Source: Lama glama (lineage: Eukaryota). From it: DNA of 63,564 bases. A model generated the notes under the pieces. It had not been told where the DNA came from, searched no databases, and saw nothing but the letters and a program-made list of their open reading frames with translations. The DNA is taken from contig CM052816.1 in NCBI GenBank assembly GCA_028534125.1, positions 7,318,001 to 7,381,564 on the forward strand. The letters are read 5' to 3'. The translations under genes and the position numbers were made by a program. Of the stretch, positions 41,259 through 55,640 are shown piece after piece. Positions within the stretch are counted from its first letter, which is position 1, and each line of letters starts with the position of its first letter.

Positions 41259-42204
41259 TTAACCACCAACCAACCAACAGTGGTCACTTGGCAATCTGGC
41301 TGCTCCCAGTCACATAAAATGATTTTGCTGAAAAAATTACATAAACCTGCATCACAGGAGGAAGCTGTGTGTGAAGGTAAAAGTCTCCCTAGGACCACTA
41401 AAATGAGTTTTTCTGGAGAATGTAATTTTAAAGTGGTTCAATTAAAAAAAAAAGGATTCGGCCTTTTTTTATGATGTTGTCAGTTCTCTACATTTAAATA
41501 CACCATTTCCTCAAACAGGAAACAAAACAGTAGACTATTTTTCTCTCCAGGCAACGCCATAAAGAGAAATTTTCAAACACCTCCCACTCCACCTCCTGAA
41601 ATGTCTCTTTCCCTACCAAACCCATCTGTTCTAGCTCACCTCACGTCCTCCATGAAGCCTTCCCTCTCTTGCCCAGTGCCCTGCCCTGAAAGCATTATCC
41701 TGTGCCCTTCTCATTCGCCAGCCAGTGTCAAGAGTCTATGGCTCCTCCACCTCAGCGCCCCTGGAATGTATTTCTGACTCACGACATCCTCTCTCTACTG
41801 GGATATCCTATTCCTGATCTCTTGTTCTCAAGCTTCCCGCACATCTCTCTCCTTCGGAGACTACAAGACCCTGGAGAGACAGAACATATAATTTACCTAG
41901 TGGGAACCCCTTCTTTCTATGCCAAGAATTGTTTTCTGCCACTTAAGAGAGAGTGCTTAAATATATCTGTTGAACAAATGATGAGATGAAATAATCACTG
42001 GTCACAGGCTTTCAAAGCTGGCACAGCTCTTTGAGATCTTCCAGGCCAGGCCCTATGTTTCACCAGCGAGGAAACTGAGGCCCAGGCAGGGGGGTCACAC
42101 AGCCCAAGGTCAAACAGATTACTACTGGCAGAGCTGAGTTAGAACTCAAGTGCACAGTCCCAAACAACGCCTTTCCCTCTACTGACACCATCTCCCACAC
42201 CTCA

Positions 42205-42498
<294 letters not shown>

Positions 42499-42815
42499 TC
42501 AAGGAGCAGAAGTGTTAAGTCAACAGGACAGTTACTTTCCTTAAACAATTAACAACCACCTGGGAAATCATTTCAATGGGTAAATATTATAAAACACATA
42601 AAATGAGAATGTGATCTCTGTCCACAGGACCTAAGAATGACAGATGACAACAAGCTAAAAAAGGACACAAAAATCACCAGGGAAAAGCAGTGCTATGGTA
42701 ACCAGCAGCCGCCTTCAGCTGGCACAGACAGCCTAGACTGATCGCTTATGTGCTCACTTTCAGTGGTGGTAACGGGAACCCAAAGGGCAATCCGTCACTC
42801 AAGAAGGGCTCTCAC

Positions 42816-42904
42816 CTGTGGCAGAAGTGGTGGGCACACTTCACCAGGATACCCATGCAGTGCACAGCCACGAGGCCCATCACCAGCAGGCTGAGGGGAC
42901 CGAT
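42816..42904 (-). CDS. SLC36A1: SLC36A1 exon 4
   Basis: 89 nt, cag/gtgag junctions; [30 protein letters not shown]. Confidence 0.96.
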
Positions 42905-43491
42905 CTGGGATAGGTGTTTGCAGGCAAGAAAAGGAGACATGCAGGTAGAATTAGAACTGGATTTGCAAATGATCAAAATGCTACTCAGGCACCTTGCAAT
43001 GACAGAACTTTCAGGACAGCATTTGAGAGAAAAGTGTGCCCACAGAGATTAGCTTTGTAGGATGGGCACCATCTGAATCTGAGTGTGCCTTCTAGAGAAT
43101 TAATCTCCAGGAGAAGAAGGACACAAGATAAGGCTGTTCCAAGACTGTTGCCAATCAGAATAGAAGGCTCCTGTGACTGTCCAGGAAGAACAGACAGGCT
43201 AAGGGGTGGTGGGAGAAGGAAAAGATCTCTTGAGAGCAATGCCACAGACAGCCCTTAGCTAAGGACAATCCCCATCTCTGAGCTATCTCCAACTCTTAAA
43301 GAAACCAGAATGGGTTTTGACAGGTGGTCTACAGGAGGGTGAATCATTTAAAAAAAAAAAAAAGATTCTCAGAATTGGCCATCTAAGGGCATGGAAGGAC
43401 TGTGTAGAAAATGGACAGAATTCTGTTACTAATTCATTAGTTAATTTTATTGCTAGAAACTGCAAGAAACTTTTTTATCCAAAATGTGAGC

Positions 43492-43615
43492 TATTTATTT
43501 ATTTATTTACTTACTTACTTATTATTATTATCTTGTTACTGGAGGTACTGGGGACTGAACCTAGGACCACATGCATACTAAGCATGCACTCTACCACTGA
43601 GCTATACCCTCCCCC
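43492..43615 (-). mobile_element. tRNA-derived SINE (Vic-1-like)
   Basis: (tatt)n tail, then ggaggtactggggactgaacctaggacc...gcatgcactctaccactgagctataccctcccc. Confidence 0.85.
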
Positions 43616-43874
43616 ACTTCCCAGAAGCACTTTATATGCATCCTCCTTGCCACAAAGTAAGCTCCAACAGGAATCTCTGCCTGTTTTATTCACCGATAAT
43701 ATTCTTACAGCCTTAGAACAGTGTTTGGCACACAAAATATCCTCAATAAATGTCTTAAGATGAATGAACATCTGAACTTTACTTTTTCTCAACTGAATTT
43801 GAAAAAGAATATTTTCCCATTTTAAAACATTTTACATGAAGTCAAGTTTTTTAAAAAGGCCCCACCATCTCCTA

Positions 43875-44054
<180 letters not shown>

Positions 44055-44578
44055 CTAATGTTTACCGAGCACTCAGCATTGTGAGAAGTGCCCTCATGAA
44101 TTATCTCATTCAATTTTCAAGATAATCTTATGAGACAGATATTATCTTCATCTTATGCGCAAAGAAGCAACTTGCTCAAGGTCACACACCAGAGTGTGAC
44201 CCTGGATTCAAACCCAGGCTGTCCAGCCCCCAGCCCACTCTCCTAGCAATTGGGCTATATGCTCTGTTCCCTGAGGCATCTCCGTGGGTCCACCTCTCCT
44301 GGAGATCAGACCAGAGGGACAGCGGGGGTTTAACTAGGCATCTGCCCTTTCCCAGTATCTCTGGGCCTGGTTCTCACCCCAGAGCTGTCCACCGTAAAGA
44401 CTCAGATCCAGAAGTGCAACAGAGGGTGCCAAGCAGAACTGTGAAGGGCAGACACTGTTGTGAGAAAAGAACAGAGGAAGACAAAATAGAAGCCCCAAAC
44501 TCTTAACAGAAAGTTTTATGCAAAGTGAACAGAGTTGTATGGTCCCACAACAGGTCAGTCCCTAAAGTACTCCGTATT

Positions 44579-44717
44579 TACCTTATTTTATTTTTATTGA
44601 ATTTTAGTTAGTTCACAATGTGTCAATTTCTGGTGTACAGCACAATGTTTCAGTCATACATATATATACATATATTTGTTTTCATATTCTTTTTCATTAT
44701 AGATTACTACAAGATAT
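44579..44717 (-). mobile_element. Short L1 3'-end insertion with TSD
   Basis: Antisense copy of the element type at 30635 (tgtgtcaatttctggtgtacagc); TSD gtactccgtatt (44567-44578) / gtactctgtatt (44718-44729). Confidence 0.85.
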
Positions 44718-46228
44718 GTACTCTGTATTAAAAAAAAAAAAGTCAAATGCCATAGAGTCCTAGGGCTGGAGAAGCCCTTTTCAGAGAGTCAGCTAGTTTA
44801 TCCTTTTGCCTCAAGGACAGGTTTTTCCCTCACCTATTGTACAGAATGTCCACCTCAAGCTGCAATTGTAAAGCCTTTCACGTGCTCTCATTACTTTTTC
44901 ACTCAACAAATCCCAACTCTCTTATGTAAAACATCGTGTTAATACAGTGATAGAAATAAGCATGAATCAGATATGGACCCCGGTCTCTAGAAACTAATAA
45001 TGTCTCCAGGAAAATAAGGCAGGCACACTAACAACCACCCAAGGCAGAAAGATCCCTGTCCTAGGAAGAGCCCAGGGACAGTGCACAGGGAGGGGGAGGC
45101 AGATGAGGGTTCACCGCGAGGAGACACCTGGGCTGAGCCTAGCAGGACCAGCAGAGCTGTGAGTGTGCTGATGTGGAAGAAGGAAGGGCCTGGGGAGCAC
45201 GCGCCCAGAGAGGCGTGGGCACCAATACATGGGAGCGTGTTAGCTTCATGGGCATGAGGGCAGGGTGAGGGTGGGCATCCCACAGAGAATGGGAACTCCT
45301 CATAGCTCTGATACCAGGGACCTCATCTTCAGCATTTTCTATCCTTTGTTACCTCTAGCAGGATATGAAAAAGATCAAACATTGTATCATGTTGCCCTAA
45401 ATCACAGACCTACTCAGGATGTGGCCCCTGGAAATGTCTAGAAATTCTCGTGCACAAATAACCTAAATACCTCCTGAGTGATGCCTCCATATATTTATTC
45501 AGATCTGCAATTCAGCAGAAACTGAAAGCAAATACTGTGTTAACTCATAAAGACCATAATAAATAAGACCCATCTACACTCTCTGGAAAGGAATTTTACT
45601 TTTGGTGACCTTTCTCCCTCCACCTCCAGGAAGAAAAGCTCTTGACCTTCTACTGTTCCCAAGCTTTTCAGGCAAGGTCAAGAAAACTGCTTCAAGTCTG
45701 AATAAGAAGAGGTAAGTGCTCTCCTGGACTAAACTAAGGGAATAGCCCAAGGACTACAAGGGTCCAGGGGCAACTCCTTCACTATCAGTGGTCAGTGACC
45801 AGGAGCTTACTGGGTGATGGACCAATCAAATTTCCATCTTGGCAAATGTTTAATCCACTTAAGGACAAAGGTAAGCATTGTACCAAACCCAGAGGCCTCC
45901 CCAAATGCCTCTGAGCTGGGTTTCGTGGGAGATCAGGTCCCTCTAGCCCTGGCTCTGCCATTAACTCTATTCCCTTCCCTTCTCTGGGTCTGTTGTCTCA
46001 TCATAGAATAAAGGGACTGGACCAGAACAAACACTTCCGTTCTGAAACAGCAGGATTCTAGGCAATTGACCAAAATTATTCTTTTTAATCAATGGCCATA
46101 AGCTGGGATTACCCAAAACCATATGAGTATCACAAAATCAACTCCACGGACTTGTAGAGTCTTAACTACAGGGGGTGGGAGGAAGACGTAAGCCTTGCAG
46201 AGCTCTGTCATCTACTGATGCTCTAAGT

Positions 46229-47528
46229 CAGTAGTTCTTACACTTTTTTGGTCTTAGGACTCCTTTATACACTTACAAATTATTGAAGATCCCAAACAGT
46301 TTTTGCTTACATGGATTATATCTGCTTATACATATTATATTATAAGTTAAACCAAAAAATTTAAAACTATTTATCAATTTCAAATAACAATGAACCTACT
46401 ATATGTTAGTATAAATAATCAGTTTTTAACAAAAAGTAACTCCTTTTTCCAAAAAATGTGTGAGAAGAGGAGCAATATTTTACTTTTTTGTGAACCTCTT
46501 TAATGTCTTGTTTGACAGCTGGACGATCTATTTCTGCATTCAATCTGTTGTGATAGGTTGTTTGGGTGCAATTATCTTAAGTAAGTCTGTCCTCATACAG
46601 ACATGTAGTTAGAACGTATCTCAATAGCCTCTTCAGACAATTGTTACCATTGTTCTTTGATACTACACCAAAACTCGACACAGTAGTTTCTCAGAAGTTA
46701 GCTGTAATTTGGAATCTGAACATTTCATACTCTATTTGCACAAAAACCCACTGGTGATCTTGCTCTCTGAGTAGCTCTTTTATCCACAAACAATTTTCTA
46801 ACATCACACTTCAGTCATCTGGAAGATAATGGTTCCCTGAATTACGTGATCTTCCAAATGCTGAAATGTACATTTCATTATACAATATCAAAAAAAAAAT
46901 CACATTCACTAATATCATCTCTAATCTCAACAGAAAAGTCTAAGTAGAGGGAAGCTGTCAAGGTCACAGTGCTGGATACAAGGTTGTTTTTCCTCCCTAA
47001 CTTTGCTTGAAAGCTCACATTTTATTGTGGGCAGCAAATACTGCTGATTATTTTTCTTGATTGACAGTATCATTACTTTCATTTTCAAGAAAATGTCTGG
47101 CAAGTACTCAGGTCTGAATAACCTATGGTGTGTTAGTTGTTCAGGAGAAGTATTTCACGTGTACTTCTCATTGTGTCACATAGAATAATAAAAGACCTGT
47201 ACTGAAGGGTCAAGATTTAACAAAATTAGTCGTGTGACTGCTTCATCAAGGACATGCTTAAGTGAAACCAGCTTATTCTCTGCATATGTTTGGCAATGAA
47301 ACATACAATGATGACTAGCATAATTTGGTGCTACAGCCTTGATTTACGCTCAGGTGCCAGCAATTTTATCCACCATTGTTTCTGAACTATCAGTGCAAAT
47401 GTCAACACAGTGAAAAGACAAATGAATCACCTCTTAGTATTGTTAGGAAAAAGGTTTTAACTTTTGGACTTCTTGAAATGGTCTTGGATCCCCCAGAGAA
47501 TCTGAAGACCATATTTTGCAAATGGCTG
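46229..47528 (-). mobile_element. Charlie1a-like hAT DNA transposon relic (~1.3 kb, both ends present)
   Basis: Termini cagtagttcttacactttt and ttttgcaaatggctg; internal aaattattgaagatcccaaa and ctcttagtattgttaggaaaa match Charlie1 as I recall it; flanks ctctaagt / ctccagat resemble a decayed 8-bp TSD. Confidence 0.8.
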
Positions 47529-49770
47529 CTCCAGATAACCTACAGAAGACCAGTATCAGTCAACTGGTTTCTCAGCCTGCCAGCCTGGGGAAGAAGTATC
47601 AAAGCTCAACCACAGGCAGTATAATGCAGCTTAACAGGGCAACAAGAAAACTTTGCCCAAAACAGTAAAAAAACGAGACTGTCATCAAAGAAGTCAACAG
47701 CTTGATAACATTAAGTGTTAGGAAATAACCTCACCAAACACGTCATCACGGAAGTGTCTGAGGTTCCTATCCTGTCCCTATCCCTGTTTAGGGGTTGTTA
47801 CTGAGCCCTTAAGCCCTAGAAGAGTCTGGTATGTGCATGTATATACGTTGCTTCTTGTACTTTGTTCCATGTACTTTTTCCATACACTTTGTTCCTTGAC
47901 AAACTAGATAACACGGAGGGGCAAGTCCCAATACACAGGAATCCAGCTCAAAAATTTGTCCCTAACACTTCTCACCTATTTTGCTAATTAGGACACCCCA
48001 AATCAGCTTATACTTAATCACACACATTTCTACACATAATACTTGTATGGGTCCAGGCCCCAGGAAAGTACTCAGCCAATCCTCCAAGTCCAAACGGAGT
48101 ACTTTTTTCTGTACCATTTGTGATGGGACTGTGATATCTGCCAACACTTACAGATGGGCTTTTCTGGTCCCTAACTTTGTACCACAACGTCAGGGCAGAA
48201 TGGACCTTCAGAAAAAGTATACCCTGGAGAATGTCCCAAAGCAAACCCAAAGGAAGTATCTTCCAATTGGCAACTTCAAGCAGACAAGGGGAGATAACTT
48301 GGGGTTGACTACAGAATAGCTAACAGCCATGCCTTATCTTCAATACATACAAAACCTGTGAGCTACCATCCTGAAGTTCCTAGCTGGCTAGTGTTGAACT
48401 TCAGAGGGGTCCCTGTGAAAAATGAAAACCTAGACTCCATGTGACAAGCATTGTATAGACAACTTGATCCTTGAGAACAAGAGCGAAAACTGGAAAGGAA
48501 ACTAGAGAGAGAGGCTTGGAAGAAGTACTCCACAACAGCGAGTGAGACTTCTGAAGGGAAGCTATTGCCTGTCACTGGCTGCATTGACATTCCTTCCCCC
48601 TGGGGGAAGCCAATTGGGTAGACAAGGTTAAGAAAAAGACAGAATAGTCCTCACTGCTGCCAATTGTGCTCCAAGCTACTTCTGCCATCAGCTAACACTG
48701 CAAGCAATGGGCGATTCTATAAAAGCATGCCACGTGAGGAAGCAGCTATGGAGAATGAATCCTTATGAGCAGAAATCAGCTCGGGGGGAGAGGAGCTTGT
48801 AGTGCGGCAGACCATCTCCTCTAGTTCTATTTCACTTCTTAAGATAGAAGGTCCTGCACCAGGAGAGACTGCAGCCAGAAGGAGCCTCACTTAATAATGA
48901 GCTCCAAAAGAAGCTTCCATGGTCTCCTTGGGCAGTCATGGGGGACAGTGTGAGTCAAGGACATAATGGATCTCTCAGTAAGTCACACCCAACCCACAAG
49001 GGAACGCCGAGAGGGCAATAGCTACACTTGAGTAACAAACAAAATGGCTGCAAAAGACAGGATGCTGGGATCCAGAGAAAATGTCAGAGGTCTGCTGAGT
49101 TTCAGAACTGAGCTAGACAACTCAGTGGAGTAGAAAATCTTCACCTGAATCTTTCCATATGAATGGTGAGCACTAGACAGTCAACCTAGCTTCATAAGAG
49201 GGTCTTAAGTTTTATCTTCTATTTGGAAAAACAGACTGGCAGAGGGGCAAACTCAGCCCAGATAAAACTTGGGATTCAGTGTCCAGGGATAAAACTTAAG
49301 CCCTCCTCAAGGCATGCAAAGCAGATCACCTCTTCTTTATCAACCCCTTGAATTTTTTAAGTGCAAGAGAAGTTATTCCTCCCTCTTCCTACTTCTTCCA
49401 CCAAATGACCCAGCCGTCTGGTGATGGGGACAGAAGTCTGGAGGAGACTTTGCAAAGGCAGCTTCCAGTTGGACTTGGAAGTATCTGAGATTCTAGCACA
49501 GATGACCCATGGTTCTAAATTAAGGGAATGTTCAGGCTTTTACTTGGCACAAGCCTTCTGGGACCGACACAGCTGAAATGAACAAAAAATGAGAAACAGA
49601 GAGCTCAAACCTCAGCAATGTTACTCACTCGATCTCCTTACATTGTACCTTCATTTGTAAAGTAAGGAATTGATAAAATAGGGGAGCAAAAATAACCCTA
49701 AGGGAGACTATGTTACTACAGAATTTGGGATCATGAATCCACCCAGGAGGGCAGATGGAGGGCTACTTAC

Positions 49771-49913
49771 GTTGTGCTGTTGCTTTCCCCAAACCGCTGG
49801 TAGGAGCCTGAAGAAGAGAAGTTGTTCAGGGTTTCGGACGGGCTCTCCTCCGGGCTCACATCGGTGGAGCTGTAGTCACGGTAGTCCTCGTTCCGAAGTC
49901 TCTGCGTGGACAT
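49771..49913 (-). CDS. SLC36A1: SLC36A1 exon 2 (first coding; exon extends to 49918)
   Basis: cag|[57 protein letters not shown]|gtaagt donor; 143 coding nt. Confidence 0.97.
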
Positions 49914-51799
49914 GGTAGCTGGGGGGACAGGGTCAGTGCTTAGACCTCCAGTGTTTGGGGCCTTTAGCTCCAAGCCTGGGGTGGGATCTGGGGTAGAAAC
50001 AACCATTGCCACAGTGGCTCAGTGACAGCCGCACTACAGATTAAGCACAATGAGAGTGCCTGATCCAAGAGAAGTGAAAAAGGTACAAAGTACACATGGG
50101 CGGGCTGAGCTCACTTGGCTTCTGTCTCCCAACTTTCTCAGACAGTGCCACACTCCTAAGTTTCTAAATTTGCCACAGCACACCTAGACAGAGCAAAGGT
50201 GAGACACTGCTTGGAAGGGTGGGGGAAGATGCAAACAGGCACTTCTAGGTAGCCTTCCTCGTTCCTTAGGTGGGGATTAAATACCTCTTCCTTTGAGCTA
50301 ACTTCTTAGACTTTGAACAATAGTGACACTGTATCTACATCCATCTTCCCCAAGAGCAAGCTCTTAGGGGACAGGAACCTGCATATTCCTCACTGCATAC
50401 TATTTTTCCTCTGCATTTGTTAGAGAAAGAACCTTCTGCATTGGAGAAATTCCTTCTGGATCACCCAATGCTGCTCCAGCACCCCACTAGGTCCCAGAGC
50501 CACAAGTGACTTTCTCTTTCTCTCTGCACTGACACCTGGCCTGTCCTATGCTCTTTGGAGGTTATTATTGATGCTTGTCCCCTCATCCTCACACTCCTTT
50601 CTTGTAAGCAGCCTGAATACTCAGGAAGGGCAGCTAAAAGCAGCTCAGAGGAAGACCAGGAACATGAGAAGTGCTTGTCACTGGCCCTTGTCTCAATATT
50701 TCCCTTCCACAACCCTTCTTCCTTTTTATTTGTATAGATTTGCTAATTTTTTTTAAGATAGTGAAAAAAGAAATCAGTCCATCCAGTAATAGCACCAAAA
50801 TCCTTCTGACACTCAGAAGACTGCCTATAAGGGTCTCTCCCCCAGTCTGTGGCTGGATGCCCATCCTGAATCTGATGCGCTATCTCAGACACCTGGTGAG
50901 GAGACAGGACCTCCAACAGCCATCGCAACACACTGCTCCGCCCAACACCCAACATTAGCTGCCAGAGAATAGCTTTGTGTCAAATACTCCCAGAGGTCCA
51001 GTCCCACGGGACCCATGGGAACCTGGTCCCCATTGGCACCTGACTGATCCAGGAGTGATCTCATTTTCTCTCACCAACTGTTGGAAGAAGGACCCCACAT
51101 AATCTCACAAGGAAACTGCTTGGCAGAAAGCCAGTAAAGACTCAGAAGTTCCAGAGACCATCCTGCCTAGCCCCACCACCAGAGCTGACTTTGTTAAATA
51201 TCTAAGAAGGCACTATTTACTCACATGCTGGAGGAAATCAAGGAAGTCATCTAGATGTCGGGCAATTAAACTCAACAGAGGGCCAAGGAAAAAATTTACA
51301 AAGTATCTTACTATGAACAGTTGAAAGCTGCTATTCAGGCAAAAGTGATTAAGCTAGTGTCTATGCATGTCAGAAGGCCTGGCTTCTACGACTGCTTCTG
51401 TTACCAGTTTGCTTAGTAATTTGGAACAATTCTCTTTATTTGTGTAGGATCTCAATTTCAAATGATCAAAAAGGCCAGGGGTGGGGGGGGTGTACTAAAC
51501 TGTCTTCCAACAATTCTCCAGCCCTAATATTCCAGGAATCAATTAATGTCTTTCTTTATGCAAACAACAGCTAATTCCCAGTCTCTTCCAACATACCAAA
51601 AGCATCTGAGGAGCAGAGCTTTCCAGGTGAATCCTGCATTTTACTGAGGGACAGGGACAGAATACAGGGACTGACAAGTTCCCCAATTCTTCCCCATCGA
51701 CCAAGAAACCGCTCAGTTGTTTACTTGGTACAGACGCTCAATTTATTTTAAACACTGTAAAGAGGCCTCTCTACGTTGTGTATAAAAACTGAAGTGACC

Positions 51800-52480
51800 C
51801 ACAGCAGATTATCACTAAGAAAATGGCTCAAAAAGAAGCTGAAATCTATAGATCAGAAGTCCAATAAACAACAGCAGGATGTGGAAGATGTGGCTTGGTA
51901 ACTATGCGTGTAGGTTCAATAAGAAAAAGAAAATGCTACTTAACGGGTTTTAGTTGATGATAAGCTCAACAGAAATCAATGATATAATAGTAGATGCCAA
52001 ATAAGCTAATGCAATTCTTGGTTGTGCTATGAGAGAGAAGCCCAGGGAGATGACAAACTGTTCTTTTCTGCCACACCTTGTATTCTGTTACAGGCAGTTC
52101 ACTATAAAGGGGATACTGATTAACTGTGTAATAGCCTAAGGTCAGCACCAAGATCATGAGGGGGATGGAAACCAGCTAAATGAAGAATGGCTGGAAGCTG
52201 TTAGAAGGTTCAACCTGGAGAACTGGAAACTCGGGAGGGATTAAAAACAGTCTTTATTTAAAAGCAGTCCTATGGATCAGACGCGTTTTGTGGAGCAGGA
52301 TCAGTACTTACAAAGTAAAGGAAGGCAAGTCTTTGGCTAGACCTAAGGAAGACCCTTCTATCCAAAGTCATTGTCCAAATGGATGGCTGTAGGCGATCGC
52401 TCTAGGAGATAGTGTGTTCCCTATCCCTGGAAAGACTCAAGCAGAAGTTCCCTTAGAGCCACTACGTAGGAATTCAAGCA
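51800..52480 (+). mobile_element. CR1/L3 LINE relic
   Basis: aagctaatgcaattcttggttgt, ttcaacctggagaa and ccctatccctggaaagactcaagcagaag are typical of the L3 3' region. Confidence 0.55.
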
Positions 52481-53635
52481 CTGTAGCGGGTGGGTGTGGC
52501 CACTCCCTGGAGTAACTTCCATGGCTTTTTCTGGCAACCAAGGCCTCCTCCTCTTCTCTCTAGCTGTTCCCACTGACTGCTAGCGTCCAAAGTCACCTTG
52601 TCCCCAGTGCTCTGTGATGAAACCTGGTTTCTACCGTCTAATGCTGTGAAAGTCTGCTCCTGCCCTGTGGGAAATTTTAATAGAATCTTTTAACTGTCAC
52701 AATGAGGGGAGTAATACGTAAGAGATCAAGGCAAGCTTGTCCTTCAGGTTCTTGAGGATAATGAACAGTGTTTATGCATCATGTGTAGCCCACCAACACA
52801 AAGTAAAAATCTCCATAAGATATTTAGACTCAAAAGTCTGTGTTAAGTAAGAAAAGTCTGCAAGTTTGGTGGAAAAAAAATGTATATATAGTTGTTGTCA
52901 TTATTAAAGTATACATTTAACCAAAATTACATTGAAATATCAACTATTTGTATAACCTTGACAAATTTTCTTCTTTTCCCTTATATAAACTATTTTAAAT
53001 TAATTAACGTTCTCATTATTTTAAGGTTTTCCCCACACTTATTTCATATATATTTTTCCTTAAATCACAGTGCATACACTGATGTATATTTAGTTACAAT
53101 ATAATGGTCCATCATTATATTAATAAAATAATTTGCTTCACTTTTTCCCAATTGTTGGATTTTGGGCTTCTGCTTTCTTTTTCTTCAATGACTATCTTAT
53201 ACCACATGATTTATGATTAAAAAAGTTCATACAAAGAGTTTTTAATTTTCAAATCATATTCTTGCAGTACAACTAGGTGAATAGGTTTTTTATGGTTCTT
53301 ATCATACAAATGATGGACCTAACATACAGTATCATTTGTAAAATATGAACATGATTGTCTTTACATAACCCTGCCAATGTTGGGTTTTATTGTTTTTATT
53401 TTTGCTCTTTTTGATGAATGGGTGGCTCCTTATATTTGTTTTATTTTACACAGCTTCAATTTTCAGCAAAGACCATTGATATTAAAAACTTTAAGGGCAT
53501 CTTTCCCCCACCTATTAGACTCATACTTTTGAAAATACTAAACTCACTTTTGAACTCACTTTGAAAATACTCAAATGTTCTCAAGAGAGCTAGTTAAGAG
53601 TTTACTGATGAGATTCAACTCCAAATTGAGAACAA

Positions 53636-55640
53636 TAAACTACTAGAACTAAGTTCAGCAAAGCTGTAGGATATAAGCTCAATGTACAAAAATCAGTTGT
53701 ATTTCTATACACTTTCAATGAACAATCTGAAAAATGAAATTGAGAAAACAGTTCCATTTACAACAGCATCAAAAAGAATCAAATATTTAGGAAGAAATTT
53801 AGCCAAGTAGGTATAAGACTTGTACATGAAAACCACGAAATACTGTTGAAAGAAATTAATGAAGACCTAAATGAATGAAAAAAAAATCCCAACATTCATG
53901 GATTAGAAAATATAATACCATTAAGATGGCAATATTCCCTAAATTGACCTACAGAGTCAATGGAATCCCTATCAAGATCCCAGCTGCCTTTTGGCAGAAA
54001 CTGACAAGCTGATTCTAAAATTCATTTTGAAATTTAAGAGGCCCATATTAGCCAAAACAATTTTGGAAAAAAAGGACAAAGGACTTCCCAATTCCAAACT
54101 TTAATACAAAGCTAGAGTAACCTTAAGACAATACAGTTTTGGCATAAGGACAGACATATAGATCAATGGGATAGAATTTACAGTCCAGAAATAAACTCTT
54201 ACATCTATGGTCAATTGATTTTTGACAAGGGTGCCAAGACAATTCAATGGAGGACAAAATAGTTTTTTCAACAAATGGTGCTGGGACAACTGGATATCCA
54301 CGTGCAAAAGAATGAAGTTGGAAGTCTACCGCACACCATATATGGAAATTAACTCAAAATAGATCAAAGACCTACACGTAAGAAGTAAAACTATAAAAAC
54401 TCTTAGAAGAAAACATAGGCATAAACCTTTGTGACTGTGGATTAAGCAAAGTTTCTTACATATGACAGAAGCACAAACAAAAAAAATTAAAAAATAGATA
54501 AAATAGACGTAATCAAAATTTAAAATGTTTATGCCTCAAAGAATACCATCAAGAAGTGAAAGACAATCCAAAGAATAGGAGAAAATTTCTGCAAATTATA
54601 TTTCTGATAAGAGACTTGAATCTAGAACATATAAAGAACTATTATAACTCAACAATAACATGACAACTCAATTTACAAATCGATAAAAGATCTGAATAGC
54701 TATTTTGCCAAAGATGTGAAAATAGCCAAAAATCATGAAAAGATATTCGATATCCTTAGCCATCAGGTAAATGAGAAACAAATACCACAATGGAGATATC
54801 ACCTTACACCCACCAGGATGACTAGAATCAAAGACAGCTAATAGTACTGGCAAAGATGTAGAGAAATATAGAGAACTCTCTCTTTTCTCTTTTTTTCTTT
54901 TTCTTTGGGGGGGTAATATTTATTTATTTTATTTATTATCATTATTTTTTCTTTAACGTGCATGCTAAGCATGCGCTCTACCACTAAGCTATACCCTCCA
55001 CCAACCCCCTGAGAACTCCTTCTTATAGTGCTGATGGGAGTGTAAAACGTGCAATCACTTTGGAAAACAGTCTGGCAGTTCCTCAAAAGGCTAAACATAG
55101 TTACCATATGACCCAGTAATTCCACTCCTATGTACATACCAAAATGAAAATGTATGTCCACAGAAAAACGTATACACAAATGTTCATAACAGCATTATTC
55201 CTAACAGCCAAAAAAATGGGGAAAAAAATTCTGATGAACAGATAAATGAAATATGGTATATCCATACAGTGAATATTATTCAGCAATTTTAAAGAATGAA
55301 ATACTAATAGATGCTACAACATGGATGAACCTTGAAAACATTATTCTAAGTGAAAGAAGTCAGTCACAGTGGACCATATATTATATGATTTCATTCATAT
55401 GAAAGTCCAGAATAGAGAAACCTATAGACAGAAAGCAGATTAGCAGCTGTCTAGGGTCCAGGGTGGGAAGTTGGGAGGGGTGAGGGGGTGACAGCTAAAG
55501 TGTTCAGAGTCTCTTTTGAGGTAATGAAAATGTCCTAAAATTGATTGTGGTGATGGCCGCACAACTTTGAATTCAATATAAAAGGTACTGAAGTGTACAC
55601 TTTAAATGGTTGAATTGTATGCTAAAAAGAAGAAAAACAA
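53636..55640 (+). mobile_element. L1M (MA/MB-like) 3' ~2 kb: decayed ORF2 end, 3'UTR and A-rich tail
   Basis: ttcagcaaagctgtaggatataag...ttgatttttgacaagggtgccaagacaattcaatgg...ttcaacaaatggtgctgggacaactggatatccac; many stops. Confidence 0.92.
54885..55010 (-). mobile_element. Vic-1-like SINE nested in the L1, lacking its B-box segment
   Basis: gtgcatgctaagcatgcgctctaccactaagctataccctcc; TSD-like gagaactctctctt (54871-54884) / gagaactccttctt (55011-55024). Confidence 0.8.

Noticed and set aside
52615..52623. TGATGAAAC, matching a C/EBP-ATF amino acid response element (reverse copy at 32696-32704)
   Set aside because: A given 9-mer is expected roughly once by chance in a window of this size on two strands, and nothing in the context supports function.
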